Assembly (NCBI GenBank): GCA_964631605.1
Contig: CAZVYG010000007.1
Coordinates: 473 to 64,472, forward strand
From: an uncultured Verrucomicrobiota bacterium
Lineage (GTDB): Bacteria > Verrucomicrobiota > Verrucomicrobiia > Limisphaerales > UBA8199
DNA length: 64,000 nt
Direction: 5' to 3'
Shown: piece after piece, positions 48,131 to 56,830 of the stretch
How positions within the stretch are numbered: position 1 is the stretch's first letter
Layout of the letters: every line of letters starts with the position of its first letter
The notes under the pieces: generated by a model
Seen by the model: the letters and a program-made list of their open reading frames with translations, nothing else
Databases searched by the model: none
Told to the model about the DNA's origin: nothing
Position numbers and translations under genes: made by a program

Positions 48131-49501
48131 CTAGAGGATTTGGCGGCGCTTGATATTCAAGTACTGCGAAATGATCTCGGCGCTTAAGCGGCCTTGGGGA
48201 AACAGCCCGAGCCGAACTCCTCGACGCTCGAGCACCTTTTGAAGTTGACGTAACTTGTTCCAGAGCAGGTGGCCGCCCAAGTGCCGGTAAAGATCATCCA
48301 CGGAGCCAATGTCGGCGTCGGTAAACAACGGCTGGACGCCCGCCGGTTGAATCATGTTGGCAACCAGGAGGTGCTGACGCCGGATCAGGTCCACGCCCCG
48401 TACAAAGTTCTCCGCCAACGCCGGATCATCCAGAGAGGTTAAGAAGACCAACAGGGCCCGGCGACGCAGGCGCTGGCGCAGGAAAATCGCCACCTCCTCG
48501 AAGTCGGGACTGACCGTTTTGGGTTCCAGGAGATAAAGTGTGTCGCGGCAAGTGCTGTAATGGGCCTTGCCGTTCCGCGCAGGGATCAAACGGTCCACTT
48601 TGTCGGAGAAGGTGATGAGGCCGAAGAAGTCGCCCTGGCGTTCGGCGGCCAGTGCCAGCAGCAGGGCAGCCGAAATAAAATGCTCCAGCGGAGTGGCGGC
48701 AAGAGTTTCCGGCGCACCAGAGTCAGGCGCAGTGTCCGGCCTGGGCGCGGCACAAAGCGGACGCGCCGACAGCCGGGAAGAATCCACCAACAGGTAAACC
48801 TCCTGGGTTCGTTCAAGTTGAAAAACCTTGGTTATCGGGTGCCCATGGCGGGCGGTGGCCTTCCAATGGATTTCGTCATAGCTGTCGCCCGGCACGTACT
48901 CGCGAAGTTTTTCGAATTCGCGGCCTTTGCCCACCTGACGATGCGCATGGAAACCCAATGAACCGCGATTCAAGAAAAGCGGAGCCAAGGTTTTTCGATC
49001 GGCCAAGAGGCTCGGATAGACTCGAATCTCGGTCTCGACGGCGACGGATTTGCGCGCGGCCCAAAACCCCCAGGGCGAGGCGGTCTCGATCCGGGCGCAG
49101 TTGACCGGAAAACGACCGCGGCGGCGGGGCAGACAGGGCCAAGCCAGCCGGGACCATTCCGCCTCGCCGGTTACCAGCACCGAGGCATCTTCTTGGGACT
49201 GGATCTCCGGCGGCAAGCCCAGCGCAAGGCGAAGCGCAAGGGCTTTGCCTGGCCGGCTGGCCAGACGCACTTCGATATTGCCCGGCCGATCCCGAGTCAG
49301 GCGAACCACCGATGGCAACGTAACCGTCAACTCGGCAGCGCCGCGGCAGGCCCGGAACGCGTCCAGCGCCGCCAGCGCGACAAGCATCCCGGCCGCTGCC
49401 AGCGCGGCGGGAGCAAGTGCCGGAACGGCCGCGCCAGCCAGGCCAAACGGCAGAAACACCACCCCCACCCAGAACAGCAGGCGATTTTGGGGAACAACCA
49501 T
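48131..49501 (-). CDS. DUF58 domain protein (MoxR partner, VWA-like)
   Basis: GREFEKLREYVPGDSYDEIHWKATARHGHPITKVFQLERTQEVYLLVDSSRLS. Confidence 0.85.
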   Translation of the reverse strand: MVVPQNRLLFWVGVVFLPFGLAGAAVPALAPAALAAAGMLVALAALDAFRACRGAAELTVTLPSVVRLTRDRPGNIEVRLASRPGKALALRLALGLPPEIQSQEDASVLVTGEAEWSRLAWPCLPRRRGRFPVNCARIETASPWGFWAARKSVAVETEIRVYPSLLADRKTLAPLFLNRGSLGFHAHRQVGKGREFEKLREYVPGDSYDEIHWKATARHGHPITKVFQLERTQEVYLLVDSSRLSARPLCAAPRPDTAPDSGAPETLAATPLEHFISAALLLALAAERQGDFFGLITFSDKVDRLIPARNGKAHYSTCRDTLYLLEPKTVSPDFEEVAIFLRQRLRRRALLVFLTSLDDPALAENFVRGVDLIRRQHLLVANMIQPAGVQPLFTDADIGSVDDLYRHLGGHLLWNKLRQLQKVLERRGVRLGLFPQGRLSAEIISQYLNIKRRQIL

Positions 49502-50460
49502 CAGCGCGGAACGGGAACGGTTTGGAGGACTTGCTGAACCACTTCTGCAACCGTCAGCCCCTCGATCTCGAACTCGGGTCGGAGTATCAAACGGTGTTCC
49601 AAAACGGGAAGAGCCATGGCCTTGATATCGTCCGGGGTGACAAAGTCCCGCCCGGCCAGGGCGGCCGAGGCGCGCGAAGCCATGATCAGCGCCTGGGTGG
49701 CACGGGGACCGGCTCCCACCAGGATGCTTTCATGTTGACGCGTGGCGCGCACCAGATCAACCAGGTAACCAATCAGCTCGTCGCGGATCAGAATGGCGGA
49801 CAACTGGCGCCGCAGCGTGGCCAGGTCCTGCTCGCGAATGACGGGTCTGACCGCGCCTCTGGCCAGCAGGGCTTCCGGGGCATCGTCGGTCAGGGTGCGT
49901 TGCGCCAATGCCACCTCGTCCGCGCGATCCGGCGGAGGCATCGAGATTTTGAGCATAAACCGGTCCTTTTGCGCTTCGGGCAAGGGATAGGTGCCCTCGT
50001 ATTCGATCGGGTTCTGGGTGGCGAATACCGTAAAACTGGCGGGCAGCGGATGGGTCTCCCGATCAATCGTGACGACTCGTTCCTGCATGGCCTGGAGCAA
50101 GGCCGACTGCGTCTTTGCCGGCGCCCGGTTGATTTCGTCGGCCAACAAAAACGAGGTGAAAATCGGCCCGCGGATGAGGGAGAATTCGTTGCGCTGAAAA
50201 TTGAACACGTTGGTGCCGGTTATGTCGGCCGGCATCAAATCCGGAGTGAACTGGATGCGCGCAAACTCGCAACCCAGCACATGCGCCAGGGTCCGAACCA
50301 GCAGCGTCTTGGCCACGCCCGGCACCCCCTCGATGAGGGCGTGGTTGCCGGTGATAATGGCGATGAGCGCCTTTTCCACCACCTCCTGCTGGCCGATGAT
50401 GACCTTGGCGGTTTCCGCTCGCGCCAGGGTCAAAATGTCTTTTACATTGATGGTATCCAT
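49501..50460 (-). CDS. MoxR-family AAA+ ATPase
   Basis: IIGQQEVVEKALIAIITGNHALIEGVPGVAKTLLVRTLA (Walker A), LLADEINRAPAKTQSALLQAMQE (Walker B / sensor). Its stop shares one base with the DUF58 start (TGATG). Confidence 0.9.
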   Translation of the reverse strand: MDTINVKDILTLARAETAKVIIGQQEVVEKALIAIITGNHALIEGVPGVAKTLLVRTLAHVLGCEFARIQFTPDLMPADITGTNVFNFQRNEFSLIRGPIFTSFLLADEINRAPAKTQSALLQAMQERVVTIDRETHPLPASFTVFATQNPIEYEGTYPLPEAQKDRFMLKISMPPPDRADEVALAQRTLTDDAPEALLARGAVRPVIREQDLATLRRQLSAILIRDELIGYLVDLVRATRQHESILVGAGPRATQALIMASRASAALAGRDFVTPDDIKAMALPVLEHRLILRPEFEIEGLTVAEVVQQVLQTVPVPR

Positions 50461-50470
50461 AAACGTGTTC

Positions 50471-51703
50471 TTAATGCTGCCTGCTCTTGAGCACGGCGCA
50501 AATCTCGCGATAGACGCGGACCGGCTCCTGGAGGCGCCGGGGACGGGCCAATTCGGTTTCGATTAAAGCCTGCGCCTGATCCACTTTGGTGATGGGCAGC
50601 GGCGCCCCCGCGCCGAGGGAGTCCGTCCATTTTTCAAAGCAAACGCGGAGCAGGTCGGTGGGCGCAACACTTCGCCGCAAAAGATTGATGAAACCCGCCG
50701 CTGCGTCGCGGCCGGCCACCTGGTTCAGCTCGCCGGGCGGCGCCTGTGGGGGGGCGAGGCTCGTTGCGTTCTTCCAAACAAACAACCCCGCCAGCAGCAA
50801 CAAACTTACCAGCGCCCACTCGAGCTGGTATTGGCGCAGCAGCGTCGCCACGCCGGCTTGCTCGACAATGCCGAAGTGCGCTTCATCAAAAACAACAGAT
50901 GTTGCGGAGCCGACCAGCCAGGCGAGCAGGTCCGCCTCCGGTTCGCGGAGCAACGCCTCGTTGCTGAGAAAGTAGGTGTCGGAAGCTAAAACAATGGAAC
51001 CGGCCCCGAGCCGCTTTTCGATGAGCACGGCATTGTTGCTGCGGGCGTAAAGGGTGCTCCACCCCGGTTGCAGGTTGGTGAAGATGATGGCGCTGTGCCA
51101 CGCCAGCTCGGCTGGGAGCGGCAGCTCGCTGCATTTATAAACCCGAACCGGTTCAAAACGGTCATTCGGCCCGGCCTCCAGCGGCAGATGGCCCAGGCTG
51201 ATTCCCCACCTTTCTTCGAGCGAGAACCACTTCTCCGAGCCCTCGGGAGCAGAGGTGGTTTTGCGTTTCTTGGCCGGCGGACCGCCTTTAGCCGGCGAGG
51301 GTCTGCCGGCCGCTGCCGGCGCCAAAAAACCGGATGACGCAACGGCCTCCGGATAAAAGGCCACGACCAGACGTCCTCCACGCAGCACAAAGCCTTCGAT
51401 TTCGCGGAACAAAGCTTCAGGCAGTCGGTCCCAATCGTGGCTCCGCGCCGCGAGGTGCAAGTAGGTCGTGCCTGCGGGAGGCGGCAGCCGATTGGCCTCG
51501 GTGAAGTCGCGACTGACGCTGATGCCGGGCAGTCTCGCGAGGCTTTCGTAAAAGGCCATGGTTCCGAGCGGATCAGCCCGCAGCGAGGAGTAGGGGGGAT
51601 AAACATCGCCCGTTTCGAAGCGAAGTCGGAACAGGTGCCAGAGCCCAAGCGCAAAGGTCGCCGTGGCGAAAACGAGCAAAAACACGGGCCATTTGGATTT
51701 CAC
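50471..51703 (-). CDS. DUF4350 domain protein
   Basis: N-terminal TM helix then YSSLRADPLGTMAFYESLARLPGISV, the usual DUF4350 opening. It occupies the conserved position next to MoxR. GTG start with GTGA overlap to the upstream stop. Confidence 0.7.
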   Translation of the reverse strand: MKSKWPVFLLVFATATFALGLWHLFRLRFETGDVYPPYSSLRADPLGTMAFYESLARLPGISVSRDFTEANRLPPPAGTTYLHLAARSHDWDRLPEALFREIEGFVLRGGRLVVAFYPEAVASSGFLAPAAAGRPSPAKGGPPAKKRKTTSAPEGSEKWFSLEERWGISLGHLPLEAGPNDRFEPVRVYKCSELPLPAELAWHSAIIFTNLQPGWSTLYARSNNAVLIEKRLGAGSIVLASDTYFLSNEALLREPEADLLAWLVGSATSVVFDEAHFGIVEQAGVATLLRQYQLEWALVSLLLLAGLFVWKNATSLAPPQAPPGELNQVAGRDAAAGFINLLRRSVAPTDLLRVCFEKWTDSLGAGAPLPITKVDQAQALIETELARPRRLQEPVRVYREICAVLKSRQH

Positions 51704-53490
51704 GACACCCCTCCAGTGGAATGAGCCGTTTTCATCTGCTCCAGGTTGGCGGTGAAACGACGCACCTCCTGGGCGTCAACCGCGTGACGGCCGTACCAAA
51801 CGCGCTCCAGAACGGCGAGGTTTTCGTCAAAGAGACTGAGCAGTCGGGGCAGGGCGTGAGCGCGCCGCCGCAGTTCCCTTTCGTATTCGAGGTTGGACTT
51901 GAACTGCGCCAGGGTAATGAGTTGGCAGTTGGCCAGGTAAGCCAGGCTGGCCAGATACCAGGCCCGCAGCGCCAACCGGAATTCCCCTCGCTCCGCCAAC
52001 TCGCGCGCCATTTGGGCCCAACCATCCTCCGGCAATTCGTCCGCGGCCACATGATCCTGCGTCAAATCCAGAGTGGACCGAACCGGCTGGCTCACGATAA
52101 CTGCTCCGGCGGAGCGCTTGCCGCGCCAATAGCGGTAGATCAGGTAAACGAGGCCGGCCAGCGCCGCCGCAAGCAGCACATAGAGCAGGAGTTGAAGCGA
52201 AACGATCCAGCCGTAACCCGGATTGGACGGGTTTAATCGCCAGCGCGGCTGAAAGAGCTTGCGGAAAATGTCGCCGATCCACTCGATCGCCCCAACCAGC
52301 GTCTTTCTGATTGTCTCGCCCAAGTCTGCGAAGAAACGAGCGATCAGGCCCGGCTCGGATTCCTTTTTCGGAGCGCTTTCTCTCGGCATGCGCCAGGCAT
52401 ACTTGCGCTGGCTCAGGACGCTCTGAATAGCCCCTTCCAGTTCCCGGCCCCGGACGGTGGTGGAGTCCAAACCAATTGGCGAGCCTTGAACCGAAGTCTC
52501 CTGACTTTCTCGTTCTTGAGCCGGCTTGCGGGGCGCTGTCTGGGCTTCCCCTCCAAAGTCGGGTTGTGCCGCTCGGAGAACCATTTCCTGGACCGAGGGG
52601 TGGTTGGTGACGTGATTCGCCGCGGTGGCGATTTCCGGAAGCAGGCAGCAAGCGCACATCACCGCGAGGGCCGCCGCCGCGGCGGGCCGGCACAGGCGGC
52701 GAAGTTCGGCTTTGAGATCCGCACCGGACTCGAGCGCCTGACCGTAAAAGCAGCGCAGGGCGTAGGCGCTCTTGATGATGGGATCAATGGAAAGGTAAGT
52801 CAGGCCCAGGGTAGCGGCGAAGAAAGTCGTATTCAGCAGCGCCCAGCCGCTGCGACTGAAGATGGTTTCCACCCCCAGCAGCGTTTTCAGCAGGTACGGA
52901 ACCAGGAACAAGACGGTGGCCCAGTTCGCAAACACAACCAGCGCAAAACCCGCGCCGATCAGGTGCAGGTAAATGTTCTGTGACGGCCAAAGGCCAGCCT
53001 GGCGAATGGCCCGCTTCACCAGCGGAACGGGGTGGTCCAAATCGGTCGCGCCGAGAACCGTGAAGTTCTGGTAAACCGCGAATGTCCAGGGAAAGGGCAA
53101 GGCCGCGACAAAGAGCAGTGGCAGCAGGAACAAACCGGTTCCATGCAGCGCGGCTTGACTGGCCAGGACGCGGGCAGCCTGTCGAAAGGATAGCCGGGAG
53201 GGAGAGTCCTGGGTTAGGTGTGCGCCCAAATGCCGCCCGTAAAGCGCCTGGCAAAACTTCATCCAGACAAACAACAGAGCCAGACCGAGCGCCCCCGGCG
53301 CATGGGTCTGGGCGGCAAAAGGACTGCGACTCATTTCGGCCCAGAAAAAGAGTCCGCCCAGAACAAAAGGCAGGGTGCCGAGGTAATAGAACATCAGCGC
53401 CGAGGGCGGGGCGGTCCGCACCAGATGGACGCTCTCCTCAAGCAGGTCGAGCGTGGGCTTTCCTTGCCGCTGTTGGGCGCGGTCCTTCAT
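51700..53490 (-). CDS. multi-pass membrane protein with C-terminal DUF4129 domain
   Basis: C-terminal ELAERGEFRLALRAWYLASLAYLA..VWYGRH is DUF4129-like. The start was moved to the ATG at 53490 (MKDRAQQRQGK), which overlaps the upstream stop by 4 nt. Confidence 0.7.
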   Translation of the reverse strand: MKDRAQQRQGKPTLDLLEESVHLVRTAPPSALMFYYLGTLPFVLGGLFFWAEMSRSPFAAQTHAPGALGLALLFVWMKFCQALYGRHLGAHLTQDSPSRLSFRQAARVLASQAALHGTGLFLLPLLFVAALPFPWTFAVYQNFTVLGATDLDHPVPLVKRAIRQAGLWPSQNIYLHLIGAGFALVVFANWATVLFLVPYLLKTLLGVETIFSRSGWALLNTTFFAATLGLTYLSIDPIIKSAYALRCFYGQALESGADLKAELRRLCRPAAAAALAVMCACCLLPEIATAANHVTNHPSVQEMVLRAAQPDFGGEAQTAPRKPAQERESQETSVQGSPIGLDSTTVRGRELEGAIQSVLSQRKYAWRMPRESAPKKESEPGLIARFFADLGETIRKTLVGAIEWIGDIFRKLFQPRWRLNPSNPGYGWIVSLQLLLYVLLAAALAGLVYLIYRYWRGKRSAGAVIVSQPVRSTLDLTQDHVAADELPEDGWAQMARELAERGEFRLALRAWYLASLAYLANCQLITLAQFKSNLEYERELRRRAHALPRLLSLFDENLAVLERVWYGRHAVDAQEVRRFTANLEQMKTAHSTGGVS

Positions 53491-53813
53491 GGCCCCTCGA
53501 ACCAGCGAACGCGCCAGACCGACCCTTCGTGCCACGCTGAAGGCAGGGAGAGCAGGGCATCCCCAACAAGATAAAAGAAAAACCAGGCCAGCATCACGCC
53601 GAGGAGTCCCTGGACAACCCAGCCCAGGCCGGCCAGACCACGACGGGCCAGCGAGGATGGGCGTTCGGCCTGGCGCAGGCAGACTGCGCACATGACCCGG
53701 CCGGCATGTTCGGTGACGCACTCGCGGCAGAAGTAACGCCGGCAGCCGGGACACCGCGCCACTGCCTCGCGGAAACCGTGGTTAAAACACCGTTGCTGTG
53801 CCAACTGCGGCAT
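53487..53813 (-). CDS. small B-box-like zinc-ribbon protein with a C-terminal TM helix
   Basis: From the ATG at 53813: MPQLAQQRCFNHGFREAVARCPGCRRYFCRECV..CAVC, then the hydrophobic GLGWVVQGLLGVMLAWFFFYLVG. Confidence 0.55.
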   Translation of the reverse strand: MPQLAQQRCFNHGFREAVARCPGCRRYFCRECVTEHAGRVMCAVCLRQAERPSSLARRGLAGLGWVVQGLLGVMLAWFFFYLVGDALLSLPSAWHEGSVWRVRWFEGP

Positions 53814-53827
53814 GAAGAAACTTTGAC

Positions 53828-54436
53828 TCAGCCCGGCGCGGCCGAAAAGGCATTTTGTTCCCCGGCTGCAGGGGCGGCGGGCGCGGGGCCGGACTCTTGG
53901 GCTGGAAGCCATGGACCCTGAACTGCCTCGATGAGCGGTCGCAGCCGGTTTAACGCCGCGTGGGCGCGAGGCACCCGATTCAGACAGGCCAGGTCTTCAA
54001 CCTGCACCGCCGTGCGAAGGTGGCATTGACAAGTGGAGCCCAGTGCCGTGTTCACCAGGAGGATGACCAGCAGGACGCCGCCAAGTCCCAGCAAGAGGCC
54101 TGTGCCGACTGGATCCTGAACGCTCCGGGCCAGGAGCACGACCAAACCAGTCAATAGTGCCAAAAGAATGTTCAAGGCCAGCCTTTCGTTCGTTTTATGA
54201 ATCGTGACCCCTTGAATGTCGGCATACCGAAAGCGCTTGTAGTATTCCTTGTAACCGTCCCATTCAACCAACAGAAGGTGGTCCGGCCCGAGCCAGAGTT
54301 GAACCCGGCGTCCCCGCAACAAAAGCGCGAAAATGCCGATTACAAAAAACAAGAGGAAAATGGCCCAACCGGGCAGCAAGCGCCGATAGCCGGTCCCGGT
54401 CAGACGCTGGTAGGCTGTGGGGGGCGGGGTTTCCAT
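53828..54436 (-). CDS. membrane protein of unknown function
   Basis: From the ATG at 54436 (METPPP). At least three hydrophobic helices are visible (WAIFLLFFVIGIFALLL, LALNILLALLTGLVVLLA, LLLGLGGVLLVILLV). It sits in the operon between two Zn-ribbon proteins. Confidence 0.55.
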   Translation of the reverse strand: METPPPTAYQRLTGTGYRRLLPGWAIFLLFFVIGIFALLLRGRRVQLWLGPDHLLLVEWDGYKEYYKRFRYADIQGVTIHKTNERLALNILLALLTGLVVLLARSVQDPVGTGLLLGLGGVLLVILLVNTALGSTCQCHLRTAVQVEDLACLNRVPRAHAALNRLRPLIEAVQGPWLPAQESGPAPAAPAAGEQNAFSAAPG

Positions 54437-54443
54437 GGCGCGG

Positions 54444-55001
54444 CTAACCAAGGAAAAGCCAAACGAACAGCAGGCTGAAAGCCAGGGTTTGCAACGCCCC
54501 GAAGAAGACGGCGGCCGGAAGCATCCATCGCTGCGGTCTGACCAGGCTTAAAGGCGCCCTCCAGTATCGCAGCGCCAGGAACAAGGCCAGCAGGCCGGTA
54601 ATGAACAGGGGGAGCAACGACAACACAAAAGCCTGCCGCCCGTAAAGAGGGCGGACGGTCTCAAGCTCCTGAATTCGGCGCTCCTGACGTCCGGCCTCCA
54701 GGCAGCCGGGACAAAAGTGGCTGGCGTTGAGCTGGCAATCACAGAGCGCGCACAGGAATCGGCCGCAGGCGTCGCATACCGCCACTGCCTTCCTGGCCTC
54801 GTGGTAAAAGCAGGCCGATTCGCCCGGCACCATCACCGCCTCGCCCGCCGTGCCCCTGGGCAGAGGTCGAACAAGCGCCGGGAATGCCTCGACCTGAAGC
54901 TGGGAACCGCAACCGGGGCAGGGGAAAAATTGACCGCTGTTGAAGCTGGCCGGAGGCAGAGCCGTTTGGCATTTCGGACATTCGAGGACTGCAGCGCGCA
55001 T
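54444..55001 (-). CDS. double zinc-ribbon membrane protein
   Basis: CPKCQT..CPGCGS, then CFYHEARKAVAVCDACGRFLCALCD..CPGC, followed by two TM helices. Confidence 0.6.
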   Translation of the reverse strand: MRAAVLECPKCQTALPPASFNSGQFFPCPGCGSQLQVEAFPALVRPLPRGTAGEAVMVPGESACFYHEARKAVAVCDACGRFLCALCDCQLNASHFCPGCLEAGRQERRIQELETVRPLYGRQAFVLSLLPLFITGLLALFLALRYWRAPLSLVRPQRWMLPAAVFFGALQTLAFSLLFVWLFLG

Positions 55002-55008
55002 CGCAGCT

Positions 55009-56100
55009 TCACCTCAAACCGAAGATGTCCTCGTAGGCGTGCAGCGTGGCGGCGTAGAAGATCGGCAGCGTTACGAAAATGCCAACGATGCAGGCCAGCA
55101 AGCCAAGGGCGCTCAACAAGCCGGCAACGAACATGAGGGCAAAGATCGAAAGCCAATGCCTGGACACGACCCGGAAGCTGACGCGCAGCGAGTCCATCGG
55201 CCCCAATTCAAGGTCCGCGCTCAAGGGCAGGGCGAAGACCAGACCGATGGCTACATAGACGAGGCCCACCACGCCCAGGCACATCAAAACCAGGAAAACA
55301 ACGTCTGGTGACTGCCCGCCCCGCATGGTTGCGAACCCGTAAACCGCCGCGGGGATCACGGAGAGGTAGATCAGAACGGCCATCAACAGGAAGGTGCCGC
55401 ACAGCCGCCAGAATGCCTTGCTGAACCCTGCAAAGGCATCCGCGATGCCCGCCGGCTCGCCGCGAATCAGCTTCAGATAAAAAACGTTGAGTCCGCCCAG
55501 CAGCGGACCCTGCAGGATCAGACTGGCAATGATGCCGAGCAACGGAATGAAACCGGCCGCCTGATTGCAGATCATGACCAGGAATGTGGCCCCAATCGCC
55601 AACCCAAGATTGGGTTTCACCGTCGCCCAGCCGCGGGAAATGCAACTGCCAATGTCAACGCGGTAGTCGCGCGCCAGAATCTCCCGCACCAGTTCGTCGG
55701 CATTCACCGGCACAGGGCGACGCCCGCGGCGCGCGCCGACCTGGAGCCCCTCGCTCAGCTTTTGCATGAAGATGGGCTTGCAGCCGGCGCACACATGGAC
55801 TGTCCCATACTGGATCATGTCCTGCTTGCTGAACACGCGGTTGCACTCGGCGCACACTGCCTCGTCGGCGGACGCCGGAGCGGGAGCAGCGCCAAGGGGA
55901 GACTCCGAAGAAGGGGGTGCGGCGGCCGTGACGCCTGCCGGGCCTGCCGGGCTGAGCTCGCGGTAAGGCTGCCAATTGGCCAAGCCTTCGTGCCAGACCA
56001 GGGTGTCGGGTTGGATTCTTCCGGACCGGACGAGTTCCTGGAGCTGGGCATCATCAACCGGGCCGGCCTGCTGGCCGTTTTCAACATAATACCAGTTCAT
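55009..56100 (-). CDS. GYF_2 (DUF4339) domain + zinc-ribbon + polytopic membrane domain protein
   Basis: From the ATG at 56100: MNWYYVENGQQAGPVDDAQLQELVRSGRIQPDTLVWHEGLANWQPY (GYF_2). Then CAECNRVF..VCAGCKP and a C-terminal membrane domain with five or more helices. Confidence 0.7.
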   Translation of the reverse strand: MNWYYVENGQQAGPVDDAQLQELVRSGRIQPDTLVWHEGLANWQPYRELSPAGPAGVTAAAPPSSESPLGAAPAPASADEAVCAECNRVFSKQDMIQYGTVHVCAGCKPIFMQKLSEGLQVGARRGRRPVPVNADELVREILARDYRVDIGSCISRGWATVKPNLGLAIGATFLVMICNQAAGFIPLLGIIASLILQGPLLGGLNVFYLKLIRGEPAGIADAFAGFSKAFWRLCGTFLLMAVLIYLSVIPAAVYGFATMRGGQSPDVVFLVLMCLGVVGLVYVAIGLVFALPLSADLELGPMDSLRVSFRVVSRHWLSIFALMFVAGLLSALGLLACIVGIFVTLPIFYAATLHAYEDIFGLR

Positions 56101-56326
56101 TGGCGTACGTGGAGGGAGCAAGGTTTGTTCCGTTTCAGTGTCGCGGTTTGCGGGTGCACGGCCTTCTTGTGCCACATCCCGCCGTCGCCTGGCAAAGTAA
56201 TTTTTATTCGCTGAAACCCCTTGGACGACCGTTGGCAGGGCTTGTACTGTCCAATTTGCGTTCCCGGTACCGCTAAAAAGAGTTGAAACGGCGGCCCAAG
56301 CCGCAAACACTCAGGCAGAACGAACT

Positions 56327-56821
56327 ATGAATCTGGATGAAGCACAACGCAGCAAACTAACCGAGTGGGTGGGGCAGGGACTCAAACTGTCGGAAATCCA
56401 GAATCGGCTGGCGACGGAACTGGGAGTTCGCCTGACCTATATGGAGGTCAGGTTGCTGGTGGATGATCTGAAGCTAACCCTCAAAGATGCCGAACCGTCC
56501 AAACCCGCGGTCACCGTTGTCCCGGGCGAACCCGCACGAAAAGGCGCTCAGCCGCCCGCAGGCGCCGCGCGACCTCAGGGCGTCCCCGCAGACGCACCCA
56601 CGCCGGGCGGGGTTTCGGTCACCGTGGACCAGATTGCCAAACCCGGCGCCGTGGTGAGCGGCAAAGTCACCTTCAGCGACGGCGTCCGAGCGGACTGGTA
56701 TCTGGACCAGACGGGGCGCTTGGGGTTGGGCGGTTGCAAACCGGGATACCGGCCACCCGCCTCGGACATGCCCGAGTTTCAGGCCGCCCTGGATGAGGAA
56801 CTCACGCGAATGGGATTCTAA
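56327..56821 (+). CDS. hypothetical protein with a possible N-terminal HTH
   Basis: 164 aa. LKLSEIQNRLATELGVRLTYMEV looks like a helix-turn-helix, followed by a P/A-rich linker and a small C-terminal domain. It is divergent from the 10-gene operon. Confidence 0.5.
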   Translation: MNLDEAQRSKLTEWVGQGLKLSEIQNRLATELGVRLTYMEVRLLVDDLKLTLKDAEPSKPAVTVVPGEPARKGAQPPAGAARPQGVPADAPTPGGVSVTVDQIAKPGAVVSGKVTFSDGVRADWYLDQTGRLGLGGCKPGYRPPASDMPEFQAALDEELTRMGF

Positions 56822-56830
56822 TCCCCCCGC

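Noticed and set aside
53491-53754. Upstream extension of the DUF4129 ORF (track start 53754)
   Set aside because: The extension overlaps the Zn-ribbon gene 53487..53813 and is Arg/Pro-rich. The ATG at 53490 gives a 4-nt coupling overlap.
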